64,000 bases of DNA, from the NCBI RefSeq assembly GCF_009914755.1, contig NC_060942.1. One strand, given 5' to 3'. This document shows positions 1 through 14,309 of the stretch, piece by piece. Under the pieces are notes generated by a model. The model searched no databases and was not told where the DNA came from. It worked only from the letters and a program-made list of their open reading frames with translations. A program made the translations under genes and the position numbers. This DNA comes from the human T2T-CHM13v2.0 reference genome, Homo sapiens. Each line of letters begins with the position of its first letter. The stretch's first letter is position 1.

Positions 1-1035
1 GTTACCACTGCATCTGAGTTTTTCCTCAAACCAGATACTGATGTTGGCCCTGAAAGCCTAAACTGCATATTAAAGACAGTTCCTTGTTAAAAAATAACTT
101 ATTTTAGATAGCTTAAGTGGTGAACAAACCAGACCACCTTCACTGAAAAGTGCAGACAAACCTGAAACCAGCCTAAAGGAACTGCCATAATAATAAATCA
201 TTTCCATAATAATTCAGAGTATATATGAGTACATTCATAAAACGATGACTGTGGTACAAGTCTGAGGAGTTTAATGACAAAAATAAGGCAGTTAAATGAA
301 CACTGGGTTCAAGGGAATACAGTCATCCTAGGATGAGATACACTTCTACATATCTGAAAGAAGAATGACAGGGGAGAAATAACAGTTGAAATAATAGTTA
401 CGTGTGTGGAAGGAGGCAACAGAGGGCGGAAAGTTTTAATTTAAAGAGATGGGATATTATGGGTGTGAAGGAAGTGTAGTGGATATGCTGGAGTGAAGTG
501 GAGTGCTCATGAAAGCATCAACACAGATGGACTCCACATCTCAGTAGGTTAAGGCAAAGTCTCAGCAATAAACATCAGGGAGGATCACAGAAATCACTAA
601 GGTTACCAGAGGTTGGGAAGAAAAGGGATGAGAAGGGATCACGGAGGGGGAACCAAATGAATTTATTAACGTTGAACTGTATGTACACTCAAAAATGGTA
701 AATATGATAAACTCTCTATCTATACTTTACCTCAGTAAACAAAGTATGCCTGAGGGTAAAGACCACAGAGCAAGAGGGGGAGAGAGAGAGACAGAATATA
801 TATGTTGTTGTCTTATGATAAGGCCATGTTTTATATGATAGAGTAACTATGATCAACTGTGTTATTAAACAGCATGAATCTCAAAAGTGATACACTTTTT
901 GTTAACAAATGTACCATAAACATTCCCTCATGAGGGAAACATGAGGCTTCAAGTTAAATAAATTTTAAAAAAAAGTTCACCTAATCGAGAGTGAAGAAAC
1001 AATGTGGCAATTCTGCAGCCGGTCAAACTACTTAC

Positions 1036-1169
1036 CTGGTCATATCCATAAGGCCTCTGCTGGGGTGGCTGTGGTGGTCCAGGCTGTGTTGGTCTATATC
1101 CTCCATACTGCTGACCTTGTCCCTGTGGGTAGTTAGGATACTGAGGACCTGGACCACCCTGTGAAGGAC
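1036..1169 (-). CDS. SS18: SS18 exon 10 (134 nt; GPSQGGPGPQYPNY...QRPYGYDQ)
   Basis: ORF 949..1191; acceptor attattttcag|GT, donor CAG|gtaagt; ends at c.1230 in phase 0. Confidence 0.97.
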
Positions 1170-1868
1170 CTGAAAATAATGTACACAACAAAAACCCACA
1201 TAAAAAGGTAAGTCCCTAGAACTCAGGGAAGGATGTGAACTACAGAGATGTTACTGTATTTTTCTATCTAAGCTAAAAAAAGATAGTTTGGTACCTTGAT
1301 TTCCTCAAATGCTTTCTGAAATAAATCTGGATGGTAATAATAAGAGTAAAAATACTGTAATGTTACTTCACTATAATTATCGTACTATGCCCTAGCCATT
1401 ACAAAATATATTTCAAAATGGGTAAAAAAGACTCAGGGAGTTGTAAAGCAGGTTAACTCCATGATGATAAGAAAATTAATCAATACGTCTGATAGCGTTA
1501 ACCAGCACAAGCAAGAGGAAAAAGAGAAAGCAAGAGGCAGATTCAAAGAAAAATACTGAAATAACTTCTGAATAAAGTGGAGGAATAAACGATATTTACA
1601 ACTGTATGACTCTAGATTTATATTTGCAATCACCAAAAGTATATGTCTATACTATGCATTGACAAATTTGTTACCAAAATATTTTAAAACAGAAACTAAA
1701 AACATGAAAACCCACAGGTTACATGTGAAAAAACTTGATTCAAAAGTCACACTGAGAATTAATCACCTTTAATACTTTACCCATAAAAATGATTACAAAT
1801 TCCAGAGATGGCAAGGGACTGACTTGGCTTGCTAAACAATATGTCTGTTTTATAAACTCTACTAGTTG

Positions 1869-2198
<330 letters not shown>

Positions 2199-3641
2199 CT
2201 ATCGTAGCCATTCAAAACCTGCCATAAAAACACTGATTTCAGAGAAAAGTGTCAAAAGAGAACAAGTTTTCAAGCTTAAATAAATTATATCAGCCTATTA
2301 TTTATTATATATTCAATTATTAAAACTTTATTTCTAGTGGAAATAAAGTTTTTTTTGGACAACACAAGCCTATGGATAAACAAAATAGAAATTTCTCTTA
2401 GGATTCCTGATGTCTAACAAAACAGCATTTAACTATAATACTTCAACAAAAATTAAGCTTTCTTTCACCCTCTCTTACCATTGAAGGTATTTATCTTAAG
2501 TCAATGAATTTACCTGATTTAGCTGCATTACATCTGTTTTCATCCAAAGGCAATAAAACCAGAATATTGTATTTATTCAAAGTATAAATACTAAGTAGTC
2601 ACAAAATGAAAAGGCCATTTGGGAAGGGCAAGAAAGTTCCTTTATGAAAGAAAAAAAATCCATGGAATATTTCTAAAGTCACATCTAGAATCTGGAAATC
2701 AGAACTTGACATTTTTAGAAAAATACCTGACTCCCAATATCTGACTGAGTTTCAACACGTATGCTGAGGGGGCAAGAGAATTTCAGTCTGACCTGAGTTC
2801 TAAGATTTGCTATCACAGGTAGACAAAGATGTCCACAGCAATGGCAGAGCTTAAGTCAATGAATAAAAATAATAAGATATTACCGACGTGAAAGAGACCC
2901 TGTTAGGAAGAGAAGGAGTCAGTATTCATAAGCAGCTACTTTTCTTTCAACAGAGTTGTATCTAAAGTGGTTATAGTAGCCTGAGAGTTAAGACTGAAAT
3001 ATCAGGTCCTCGTCATTCCCCACTCCCTATCTAAGAAGTTAAAGTCAGATATCCAGGTAGCAGGTATTATAAGTGAGTATATAATAGGAAAATATTGCTA
3101 CACTTCCCCCAAATTCTGTATGATACACAGCTGCAATAATTCATCCCGATGGATACGTATATTGCTATTTAGGGAATGACAAAAACATTTTCTTTATGCA
3201 TTCTGAATAGATCTCATTTGTACTCAAAAAAAAAAAAAATCAGTATGTCTTAAAAAAAACTGTATTGGCCACTAGTTTTTCAAAATAAATTTGCTAAGCA
3301 GATTATATACATATGGTCAATAATTACCCAATCATCAGTTTTCCCAGCACACACAGGGCTAGGCATGACAAATACATCTGATAATTCATTTTTCTTGTCT
3401 TTTAAATGACTCCACACATTACCTTTGGTCATGAACCATCTCCAGTTTGTTGTTCTTTTTAAATGGATTACTAGTTTATCTAAGAGCAACATTTTAAACC
3501 AACATTTTAACAGTAGACTAGTCTAAAACTGAATTTTCAAGTGATAATTCTTGTAAAAATAAGTATTAAATATCCACTTCCATATTTTAAAACAATCAGC
3601 ACATTTTTTTGGTGATAAAAATACACTGTACAAAGCTTTAC

Positions 3642-3764
3642 CGTAGCCCTGCTGCTGTCCTGGGTAACCTTGCTGCCCTGGGTACTGCTGCTGCTGGGGT
3701 GGATATCCCTGTTGTGGAGGTGGTCCCTGGTATGCATCTTGCTGTTGGCCATACTGTGAATTTC
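3642..3764 (-). CDS. SS18: SS18 exon 9 (123 nt; GNSQYGQQQDAY...YPGQQGYPGQQQGY)
   Basis: ORF 3523..3858; acceptor tatcctgtag|GA, donor ACG|gtaaag. Confidence 0.97.
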
Positions 3765-4467
3765 CTACAGGATAATTGGAGAAGAGGAAAAAAAACTGAG
3801 AAGTCTGCTTAAGTAACTTTTTTCCCTCTAAGATGCATAGCCAACAACACAAGAACAAAATGAAATGCCATATTGATTTTTAGAAGTTAACAAAACAAAG
3901 AAAAAACTCAAACCAAACAGAAGGATTTCGGCCAAACAAACTGCAGTTAAAGCCAATTTTGCAAGGTTGAACTGCAGCATTTTCAGCGTCTCTGCCATAC
4001 GAGCATTACATTTACTGGAACATCACAGTCATAAGATCATGACTATGCTAAATAAAATAAAAAAGACAAAATTAAAGACAGCTACAAGAGCACACACTAG
4101 CTACACGAGATCAGCAAGCTGTTTCCTAAAGGCACTATACTTATATGTAAAATTATACATATGTAAACACACACGAGAAAAAAAAGTTTGATGGATTTAT
4201 GTTCAAATAGAAAATTTCCACTGAGGAAAAAATTATCTTTAATGTTTTAGTCTTTTTATTATTGTTAGAAATGGCAAGTCATGGTTATACATTTTAAATA
4301 TTTGTAAGGAAATTATTTTGATTGTTTTGGGCTCCCTGCAACTTTCAAGAAAGCCAGCAACTAGTATTCTACAAGAGCTTTGCATGGGTAGAAGTTGTCT
4401 TATGCAAGAATTTTCATTCCTGTAGAAGGGGATATATATGTGTATGTGTGTGAAGGTATATAGATAC

Positions 4468-4560
4468 CTCCTTCGTAGTAATGTTGTGAGGAATCCTCAT
4501 AAGGCCTATCGTAGCCTTGTTCAGGATACGACGGTTGCTGATAACCGTAATCATTATGAC
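4468..4560 (-). CDS. SS18: SS18 exon 8 (93 nt; GHNDYGYQQPSYPEQGYDRPYEDSSQHYYEG), known alternatively spliced cassette exon
   Basis: Read manually: acceptor gaattgatgtag|GT, weak donor GAG|gtatct; adds 31 aa in frame. Confidence 0.95.
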
Positions 4561-5440
4561 CTACATCAATTCGACAAGAGACAGGAAGAAACGTTAATGG
4601 CCACTGAGTGAAAACCCTAAAAATATTTAAACTTTCAGATAAAATTGAAAAAAAAGAAAAAGAAATGGAACATAAAAAATAATTTCAATTGCATTAGCCA
4701 AAGATTTACCAATGTGATTGTTTTCATATTGAGATAACGTGCAAATTTTTTTAAAAGCAAAAAGCAGTAGTTTTAGAAACATTACACTTATTGTCTTAAA
4801 TCTGATAATCCTCATTGAGGGAAAAAAAACTATCTCCCATTTAAAAAAACAAAGAGAATAAAAGTCTTTCACATGTAAATAACCTAAATTAAATTAGAAT
4901 GAACAAAGGAAGCAATTATCATATTTTGTCAAACACCTGTTCTGCTGGTCTCCAATTCCACAGCATATGCTAAAAACAATGCAAAATATAAAAGAGTTCC
5001 ATAAGTTTTTCCCCTGAAAGAAACTGAAAAATTTTCAAGTTCTAACATTTACTTGCATAAAGTTAAGTATCTCAAAGTATCTTCAGATGCAAAATTATAT
5101 ATCTTAATGCTGCCATTTTGGAAATCTTTAGAAAATATTTCAAGTATCATAAACATACATCTTCATAAAATTAATATTGTGTTGACAGAGTATATCTTTA
5201 GTTTTAAAGCACAATAAATTTTACCTGCGAGATAATTGGACTCTAGTGAAAAATACTCTCACTCTTTTTTTTAAAGTTTCACTAAGAAAATGTAGGAAAT
5301 AACCTTTTAGTTACCTAAAATCTAAACTCAATTTTACAAAAATGCCTAATTAAGGACACAGGAATAAAATTACAAATGAACATTATACTCAGTGCTCTAG
5401 TATTCTAATGTTCCCAAGCCACCTCATAAATACCTACATG

Positions 5441-5660
5441 AAGGGTTGGCAAACTATGGCCTGCAGTCTTAATATGGCCAGTGGCAAGTTTCTGTAAATA
5501 AAATTTTATTGGAATACAGTCATGCCTATTCATTTCAGTATTGTCCATAGCTGCTTTCATGCTACAATAAGAGTTCAGTAGCTGAGACCAAAACCATATG
5601 GCCCACAAAGACTAAAGTATTTATTATCTGGCCCTTTACAGAAAAAGTTTGCCAATTCCT
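5441..5660. mobile_element. MER58-like hAT MITE
   Basis: gggttggcaaactatggcc ... gaaaaagtttgccaa terminal inverted repeats. Confidence 0.75.
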
Positions 5661-7191
5661 AATCTATATATTTACTAACATAAATATCCGGACATGAGAG
5701 AAAAGAGCCAATGTTGTTTACAAATATTAATTGTCGACATAAATAGAATACTCTATGTAAATGTCAGATATAAAGTAATATACACCTATGCAAAAATGAT
5801 ACCCTTCAAATTAAAATCCACTAATAAAATGAATTAAAGTAACCTTAATGTTTTGATATTTACAAAATAACAAACCAATATATTTTGAACAGAAAGGTTA
5901 TAACAATACACATGTCACATTTCAAGAGATACCCAGGATCAAAACAACAATGTCAAATTTAATTCTTTAAAATGTAATTAAAAATTAAAAAATAGAAACA
6001 ATCATTTATTTTCAGCAGACTTCTTAATACATATAATTTAACAAAGTAGATTTCACGTCTTTAAAATACGTAGAGTCTACAACAATCTTACTAAAGTTTT
6101 TAATTTAAAAAAATCTTAATACCATGTTTACATATGAAAAGAAAAAACAAAACAAAAACCAATGTCCTTAAGTACAAATGTACCTTTATGTTTTATGTAT
6201 TAACAAAAAATGACAGGTGAGATGTTTTTTCAAATATCCTAAATTGTATCTTCTTGCTAGCTTACATGGGCTGCTAGTCAATGGCTGCTAATACTTTAGC
6301 TTTAAGTTTCTTAGTTTCTCTGTTCAGTAATTTATATTTACATCAAAGGATCATATACATGAATAAGGCTTTTGGCAAACCCTAACAACCCACATCATTT
6401 TGTAATGTATTTCTGAATTATTTTTTCTTCTACACTGTATTATAAAATTTTCAAGCATACAGAAAAATTGATGAAACTGTACTGTGAAAACCTACTTGTA
6501 TGCTTGGATTATTGCTATTCAAATTTTCCTAAAGTACAGTGCATCTTACTAACCAATTTTTCACAAGCCACTTTCTACAAAAAAACAAAAAACAAAAAAC
6601 CCTAACTAAAAATCTTATTTCCAAATTGCCTTTCCCATTCTACTCAATCTCTATATGGCTATATTATGGATATAATTTAGTCTCCCAAATTTTTCTCAAA
6701 GGCAAGCACTAATGTAAACCTTAGTTTGTTGAGAAGTATGAAACATTAATTAAAATGATGAGACTTGGAAAAATAACTTGAGAACTATATACTCTATGTA
6801 TTTGTACAATTAATACAAGTCAACTAATGGGTGAACTTTATGGCAGGTGAATTATATCTTAATGAAGCTCTTATTAAAAAAAAGTAAATCAATAAACATA
6901 AGCTTTGGCTGAAATCAAACAACCCTAAACATATTACAAAAAGATCCTTTTACATAAGGATTCCAATGACAGACTGTGATTCCTGATGGTACTAATGGAA
7001 CACCTAAAATATACTTTGAATTAGATTATAAACTAATGCTATCATTGGTACTTTAGAGTACTGAAGTGTTTCAAAATTTAGAGGAAACAAATTGTTAGTT
7101 TCTTCGTCCTCACTGAAATGTTTTAAATAACTCTCTACATTAATATTAGGCAGGGATAGAAAATGGGAAAGTTAACATCAGGAGAGATTAC

Positions 7192-7296
7192 CATCAGGGT
7201 AATATTGCTGGTTCATGCCTTCTGGAGGACCTTGTCCACCATGACTGTATTGGTCCCCGTAATAGTCTTCCTGGCCTGAGTACTGCTGTGGTGGGC
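7192..7296 (-). CDS. SS18: SS18 exon 7 (105 nt; GPPQQYSGQEDYYGDQYSHGGQGPPEGMNQQYYPD)
   Basis: Read manually: acceptor ggtttttcag|GC, donor ATG|gtaatc. Confidence 0.96.
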
Positions 7297-7925
7297 CTGA
7301 AAAACCACAACCAGTCAAGATATAAATAATGTGTTCTCTATGTCATCAAAGGCTTTCTTTCTAATTTGATATTATGAAAGATTATTTCTCAACTATAGAT
7401 TCCCATCTCATAATTTGGCATTTCAGATACTTTTAGCTATTCATATACATATGCATACATACACAGCAGCTCCACATACCACATTTACTAAAATCAATGT
7501 TAAGACCATACATGCAGTATCAAAAAATACCAACTCAGAAAAACAAATGCTAACTTCTTAAAAATAGGTTCAAACTGGTAGCAAATTTATTTCCTTTTAA
7601 TTTTGATACTACAGTGCTGTGAAGTAAAATTGGGTTTATTCCTGACCCTTTATAACTTTTCAAAAACAAAACAGTATTTTCTGCTGTGAATTAGTGAGCT
7701 TTCGATATAAAATTGTATGGTATAACTTATTCCAGAAAATAACAGATAAGAAGTTCCTATCTTCTTCGTGACCCCTTTGTACTTACTAGAACCCTACCTT
7801 TTGTCAAAAAAAAAAAAAAAAAAAAAAAAAAAGAAAACGCCCTGACTTTGTCTAGATTAAAAGGTCATTAAAATTTAAAGCCTTTCAATTACATTAAGTA
7901 GCAAATTTTCCAAATGGAATCTTAC

Positions 7926-8093
7926 CCTGTTGAGGAGGTCTATAGGGAGGAATCTGTCTCTGACCCATCATATGATTGCCTTGGTTAACTTGACCCATCA
8001 TTCCCATAGGTGGCTGCTGTCCTTGGTAATGCTGTCCGCCTCCCTGTGGCATATTGTATTGCTGAGAAGGAGGCTGCTGATGCATCATTGGAC
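7926..8093 (-). CDS. SS18: SS18 exon 6 (168 nt; GPMMHQQPPSQQY...YRPPQQ)
   Basis: ORF 7894..8121; acceptor tcttgtttcag|GT, donor AGG|gtaaga. Confidence 0.97.
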
Positions 8094-9764
8094 CTGAAAC
8101 AAGACACAACATTATACACATAATTTTTTGTATATAACTTTAACATCTCAAGAGAAATAAGATAATCTTTTATCATATAGTCCCAAAAATATATAATTAA
8201 ATGCAGTAAAAACTGATTTCAAATAATAAAAATAAGTCTTTGAATTAAAATTCACATGCCTAAAATAATGTGCAAACAAAAGAAAATAACCAATCCATGG
8301 TGGTTAACTTGAAATCCACTGGAAGATGATTCTTAGTCATTTTTTAAAATAAAATGCATATAATATATGAACATCCTGAATGTGTGTATTTTCCATTACA
8401 CACTATCTAATATTTATCTATACCATCTTTCTTGAGAAGATATCATCCTTATGCTACACTGGAAAATATACCAAAAGTAAACTTTACAAAATCACACAGC
8501 AAAACAGTGGTCAAACTAAGGAAAAGAAACCAAATCTCTAGATTTTTACTTTGTTCTCTTTTTCAATACTCACTCATTATATAATGGTAGACAGGAAAAC
8601 TATACAAACACCGAATATAATTTCATAAGCTTTAATTTAGGACAAAATCTTAAAAAGTCTTCTTTCCCTTTCCCAACTACAAGATTTATAACCTAAAAAG
8701 GCCTCCTTCAAATCAAATGGCTATACTGCTTAATATGTTAAAAGACACATACATTACATAAAGACTCTCACACCTCTAAAAACAGGCAGAGACATGCAAC
8801 AAGCTGTAGGCTAAGAAATCTGAACTACAGAGTTTCCAAAGTGAGCAATACTGGGGTAGCCAAACTACCACTGCTATAGTATCACACTGGCAACAGTAAA
8901 AATGTATCACAGGAAACAATAAACAATGGCCATAAAGTCCCACATTGCCATCTAACAATGTTAAGCAGCTCCTGAGAGGTTTACTGGGCCAAGTTACGGT
9001 ATGGGGAACTCATCATTTTGCCATTATAACATTACTGTCTCAGAAGTATGGATGAGTCTTTTCCCAACTTGCTGCTTATATAGCTACATACTCCTCCTCC
9101 CCCTTGAGTGACATGGAGAAAATTTAAGTACAAAAGGCAAAGTACTAGACAGCCTGGAAAGGTTTCACAGATGAAACTGCCCAAATGAGCCAAAAGTTCA
9201 CTATTAAATTACTTAACAAACAATTAAAAACAAAACAAGCCCACCTCTTCAAATATATTACTGACTTACAACAGCAGCAATGATGTAAGCAGAAAGACTT
9301 CACATTTCCAATCAGAAGAACTGTTTTATCTGAAGGAGTACTTTATCAGAGATAACTGTTTTTCTCCTATTTGCCTTCCGTGCTTCTGTTTCTTTTTTCC
9401 TCCTTTTCAATTTTATTCTCATAAATGTGAATGTAAGCCTCTCAAAAACTCTGGGACCTTTCTTTCAACAAGGAAATACAGTCTTAGTAGAGACAAACTG
9501 GCTGGGTGAGAGTAGAGGCGAAGAGAACTTAATACTGAAGGTACCCTACAACACTGCCAGTTACATGGTTTCACAGTCATTTCCTACAAACTCCTAACAA
9601 TTACCAGAGGTAAGGACCCTAATTCTCAATTTTTTTAGCCAAGGAATCTAAAAATCAAGATTACACAGCTAATAGATAAAAACTGAGAATAAGACAAACC
9701 TCAAATTTTATTTTGAAGCACATGTTTGTTCTATTTTTCATTGCCTCTATTAAAACATAAGCTA

Positions 9765-10082
<318 letters not shown>

Positions 10083-11639
10083 CACGAAACAAATTCAGTA
10101 GTTCCGAAGCAAATAATTTGCAACAAAAAAGTTCCAAAACACTAGTTTAATAGCAGTTATAATTTTCAAATATATGTTGCATATACTAAACTATTAAACA
10201 CTAACATTCATAATTTAATAGGTAACCTGATCGGACATTTATGTAATTCATTTTCAGTAAATGAAGGTTTTGCCTTTTCTTCTCCAACACTGTCTAAAGA
10301 CCTCTTGTCTTAACAGAAGGTAACTATATAACTAAAACCTATAATATTAGAAACAAAAAGAAAGCAAAACCACAATAGCCAAAAGAAAAAAAAATCCAAA
10401 AAGATACATAACAAAACACTAAACCTTGCTCTAAAGGAAAGCAAAGTAATTGTAGCTTAAGCCCTAGATAGAAAAGACCATGCCACTTGTGCTTTATCTT
10501 TTGGGACTGTGAGCAGTTCCAATCCCAAAGAGCTCAATTACTACCCTTCTTTTACTGTCACTTCTCTCCCTCAGAGGATCCCAACATCATTCATGATCAA
10601 GCCTAAACCACAGAGAGAATGCAGTCAGCTAACACTACTAAAGCACAATACATTTCATAATTTTCCTCGAAGCCTTATCCATTAAAGAAAAAAAAAATTA
10701 TGACTATGACTTCAATTCTGATTGTTTAGGAAGTATATTATTTTCCTTCTTAGGATAATGAAATTATGCTACACTGGCAATGTATATTATCTCTTGAGAT
10801 ACTAATGAAACTAAGAGAAGCAAACTCAAAAGGTTACCCCAAAATATGTTCTAAAAATTTGTACTGCAGAGTGAAATAGCATTATAAAATGCATCTTCTA
10901 CAACCATTTTCTGCAAACAATGGTATCATACATTACTACAGACTTTAAGGTTATTCTTCATCTTTTACATAAACAATTTTGATGTTAAGACGCACTACAA
11001 AGCGTGATAATACATATGCAAAGACCCTACTGATGTCTTAATTACCTAGAATATATTTTTGCAAGTGTTTTGCAAGGGCATATAACAAACACTTATCATT
11101 AGCACATTATTTCTTCCCATTTTGAGTTTTATATTCTAATAGATATTCTATGAAAATAACATCCTTTATTTTAAACACATGTAAAAACCTCCCAAATTAC
11201 CATATTTTATATTATTGGCATTCTTTTCTCCAATGAGATGGTTAATACTTAATTTTATCTTAAGTCAGTGGTCAAAAAAAAAAAAAAAGAATTTTCTTTT
11301 GAAGAGTAAGTCAAGGATCAAATTTATTGAGTACTTATTAGGTACAACACCCCAGGCTAGGAGCCATGGTAATATAGAGATGTGATGAGCACTGTCACTG
11401 TCTATAGTGACACACAATTAGGTAGACTGAAAAAAATAATTTTTAAATACTTAACTATAAGGAAAACATTGTTTTAATCTGTCAATTCTGAATAATGTAA
11501 TTTTACAAATATTCTATATATATAGAACATTCATACATATACACATGTATTTCACATCCTCAGATACAAACCAATACACTAAAATTTTATAAAAATTGTA
11601 TCATTAATCTACAAATTATTTTAAATAATATTGTTTAAA

Positions 11640-11890
11640 ATGACAGCTAACATTTAATGAACACTTATTATTAGCCAGGCACTAAGCTAATAGCTTTACC
11701 TGTATTATTTCTCTTCCCCAAAGCCCTATGAAACGGGTAGTATTATTATCGACTTCTTCACAGACAACAACATTTTAAGGCTCACAAACATCAAGGACCT
11801 TACCCAAAGCTGTACTGCTACGAAAGGCTCTAAAGTAGCATAGCTACTAAATGGTCCAAAGCCCGTGCTCTTAATCACTATGTGTACTTC
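11640..11890 (-). mobile_element. MIR fragment
   Basis: acagctaacattt...gccaggcact...tattattatc MIR-like core. Confidence 0.6.
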
Positions 11891-12964
11891 CTCTCCAAAT
11901 TCAAATTGTACTTTTCCCATGCCACTATCTCCCATGAAAAGAGTTCTGTATAATATATCTCTATCACTGTAATATAAAAACCTTAAAATATAAGAAATTT
12001 CTTCACCCCACCTATCTTAAGACCATGAAACTCCATAGATAATACCCTCCTCAGGCCTATTTTCACATTCATATTTCATCATTTACTGCTTACATTTTAC
12101 TATTTGTTCCTTAACCATTTAATCTCTAACCCAATTATAGCTCTTATTTGGAGTTATTTCTAATAATTTATTTGCAAGAATCCCTGTATTCCAAAAAACT
12201 CAATTAGCTAACTTACTATCTGCTTAAATAGCTGCTTAAAAAGAATAGGATTCTTTACTTACCTAAATTATACACCTGTCCACATCAAGAATTTTTAGTA
12301 GTTAATAAGATGTTTAGATACAATATCAAGGATAAAAGAACAAGAGCAAGTAAGAAAATGTAGGATGACTAGCCCAGTTCAGTAAGGTCACTGCAGCCAA
12401 GCACAAATTTAGCTGAGTTTCCAGCAACCAATGAAAAAATGGAAACATGATTCTAGCAAGTAAAGAGAACAACAGCTCATTAAAAGATACAAAATCTTTC
12501 ATAACATTAGAACTTTAGAAAAAATCTCATAAAAGTTTTAAAAGGTATTAAAAATAATATCAATAACAATTTTGTTATTGTCATTTGTTTCTTTAGTGAC
12601 ACAGACCATCTTTACACACAGTTATTCATACTAACCATTTCTTCAAGCTGGTTATTCTCAACTGTGGGCAGTTTTGTCCCTCAGGGGACACTTACAGCAA
12701 GAGGATACCTATCTAGCTAATCAGTCAACAAATAGGATAAAGCAGTGAACAGAATAAGACACAGTTCTTCACTTCATAGAACTCAGAGTCTAAAGAAAAA
12801 TAATTAAACACATATTTTTTAAAATTATGTAATTATAAGTAGTACTGCTTAAAGGATTCTAAGTATAGGCTACTATACTTAAGTGAATTTGCCTAATAAT
12901 TTAAAATATAGTGAAGTAAGACGTGTTTTTTATTTTATGTTGTATGCTTTTCATATTTTTTTAG

Positions 12965-13357
<393 letters not shown>

Positions 13358-13369
13358 TAATTGGGATTT

Positions 13370-13630
13370 CCTGTAGCTCCTTTCATCCTGGATGGGGGTT
13401 TTGGGCCAAGCAGGGGGGTAAAGGATCGAGATTGGAGACTGAGATCAACCACATGGACAAGCGATTAATCAAATCTACATAATACAGTCCCAATAAAAAC
13501 TCTGAACACTAAGGCTAAGGGAAACTCCCCTGGTCAGCAATATACCCTGTGTGTATTATCACACATCTGTGAGAGGAACACAACACATAGTGACTGTTCA
13601 AGGAGAGGACAACACAAACTTTGCATTTGT
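13370..13630 (+). mobile_element. LTR fragment (MER21/MER77-like)
   Basis: ccaataaaaactctgaacact...gagaggacaac motif typical of this ERVL-type LTR group. Confidence 0.5.
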
Positions 13631-14200
13631 CCTCCACATTTGATCAGTCAGCAAATCCGCTCTACCTTCAAAATACATGGTAAATATCCCACAATTGACT
13701 ACTTCTGATTACCTCCATAGCTATCATACTATTTAAAGCCACGATCATCTCTTAAATACAACAAGAGCCTCTTAACAGGTCTCCCTATTTCACCCTTGCC
13801 CAATTACAGCCCATTTTCTATATAGCTGCCCAAAGGCATTTTTTGAAAACCATATATTCAGATCATGTTATTCCAGTGCTCAAAACTTTCCAGCAGTATA
13901 TCTCCTTCCACAGAATAAAATCTAAAATCCTTATGGACTGAAAGACTTTCAAGGCCTAGCCTTCAACTATCTCTTGGACCTTATTTCTTATGACTTCCCA
14001 CTTTCACTCACTCCGCTCCAGTTCGACGGGTCTCCTTGCTATACTTCAAACACACCAAGTATGCTCCAGTGCATACTTGCTGTTCCATCTGCCTGTGCCA
14101 CATTCTTTTTCTAGGTATCTGCTCACCACCCTAAAATGGCATACATGCTTATTTTTCTTTTTCCTTTTACTTTGCATATTTCTCTTCATAACACATATCA
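13630..14200 (-). mobile_element. L2 fragment
   Basis: Degenerate L2 3' region (ctctaccttcaaaata...cagatcatg...cactccgctccag). Confidence 0.6.
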
Positions 14201-14309
14201 TCTGACATATTTGTATCTGAATCCTTAAGATAAATGAGTAGCTTTTAACCTTATAACATTCATATTGTTAGGAACTTACTAGCATTTCCCAAAGTGTCTA
14301 TAAAACCTT

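Noticed and set aside
3609-3812. Plus-strand ORF overlapping exon 9
   Set aside because: Antisense shadow of the Gln/Pro/Gly/Tyr codon bias of exon 9.
4381-4386. TGCATG (RBFOX motif) downstream of cassette exon 8
   Set aside because: It is on the + strand, so the SS18 pre-mRNA reads CATGCA and the motif is not present in the transcript.
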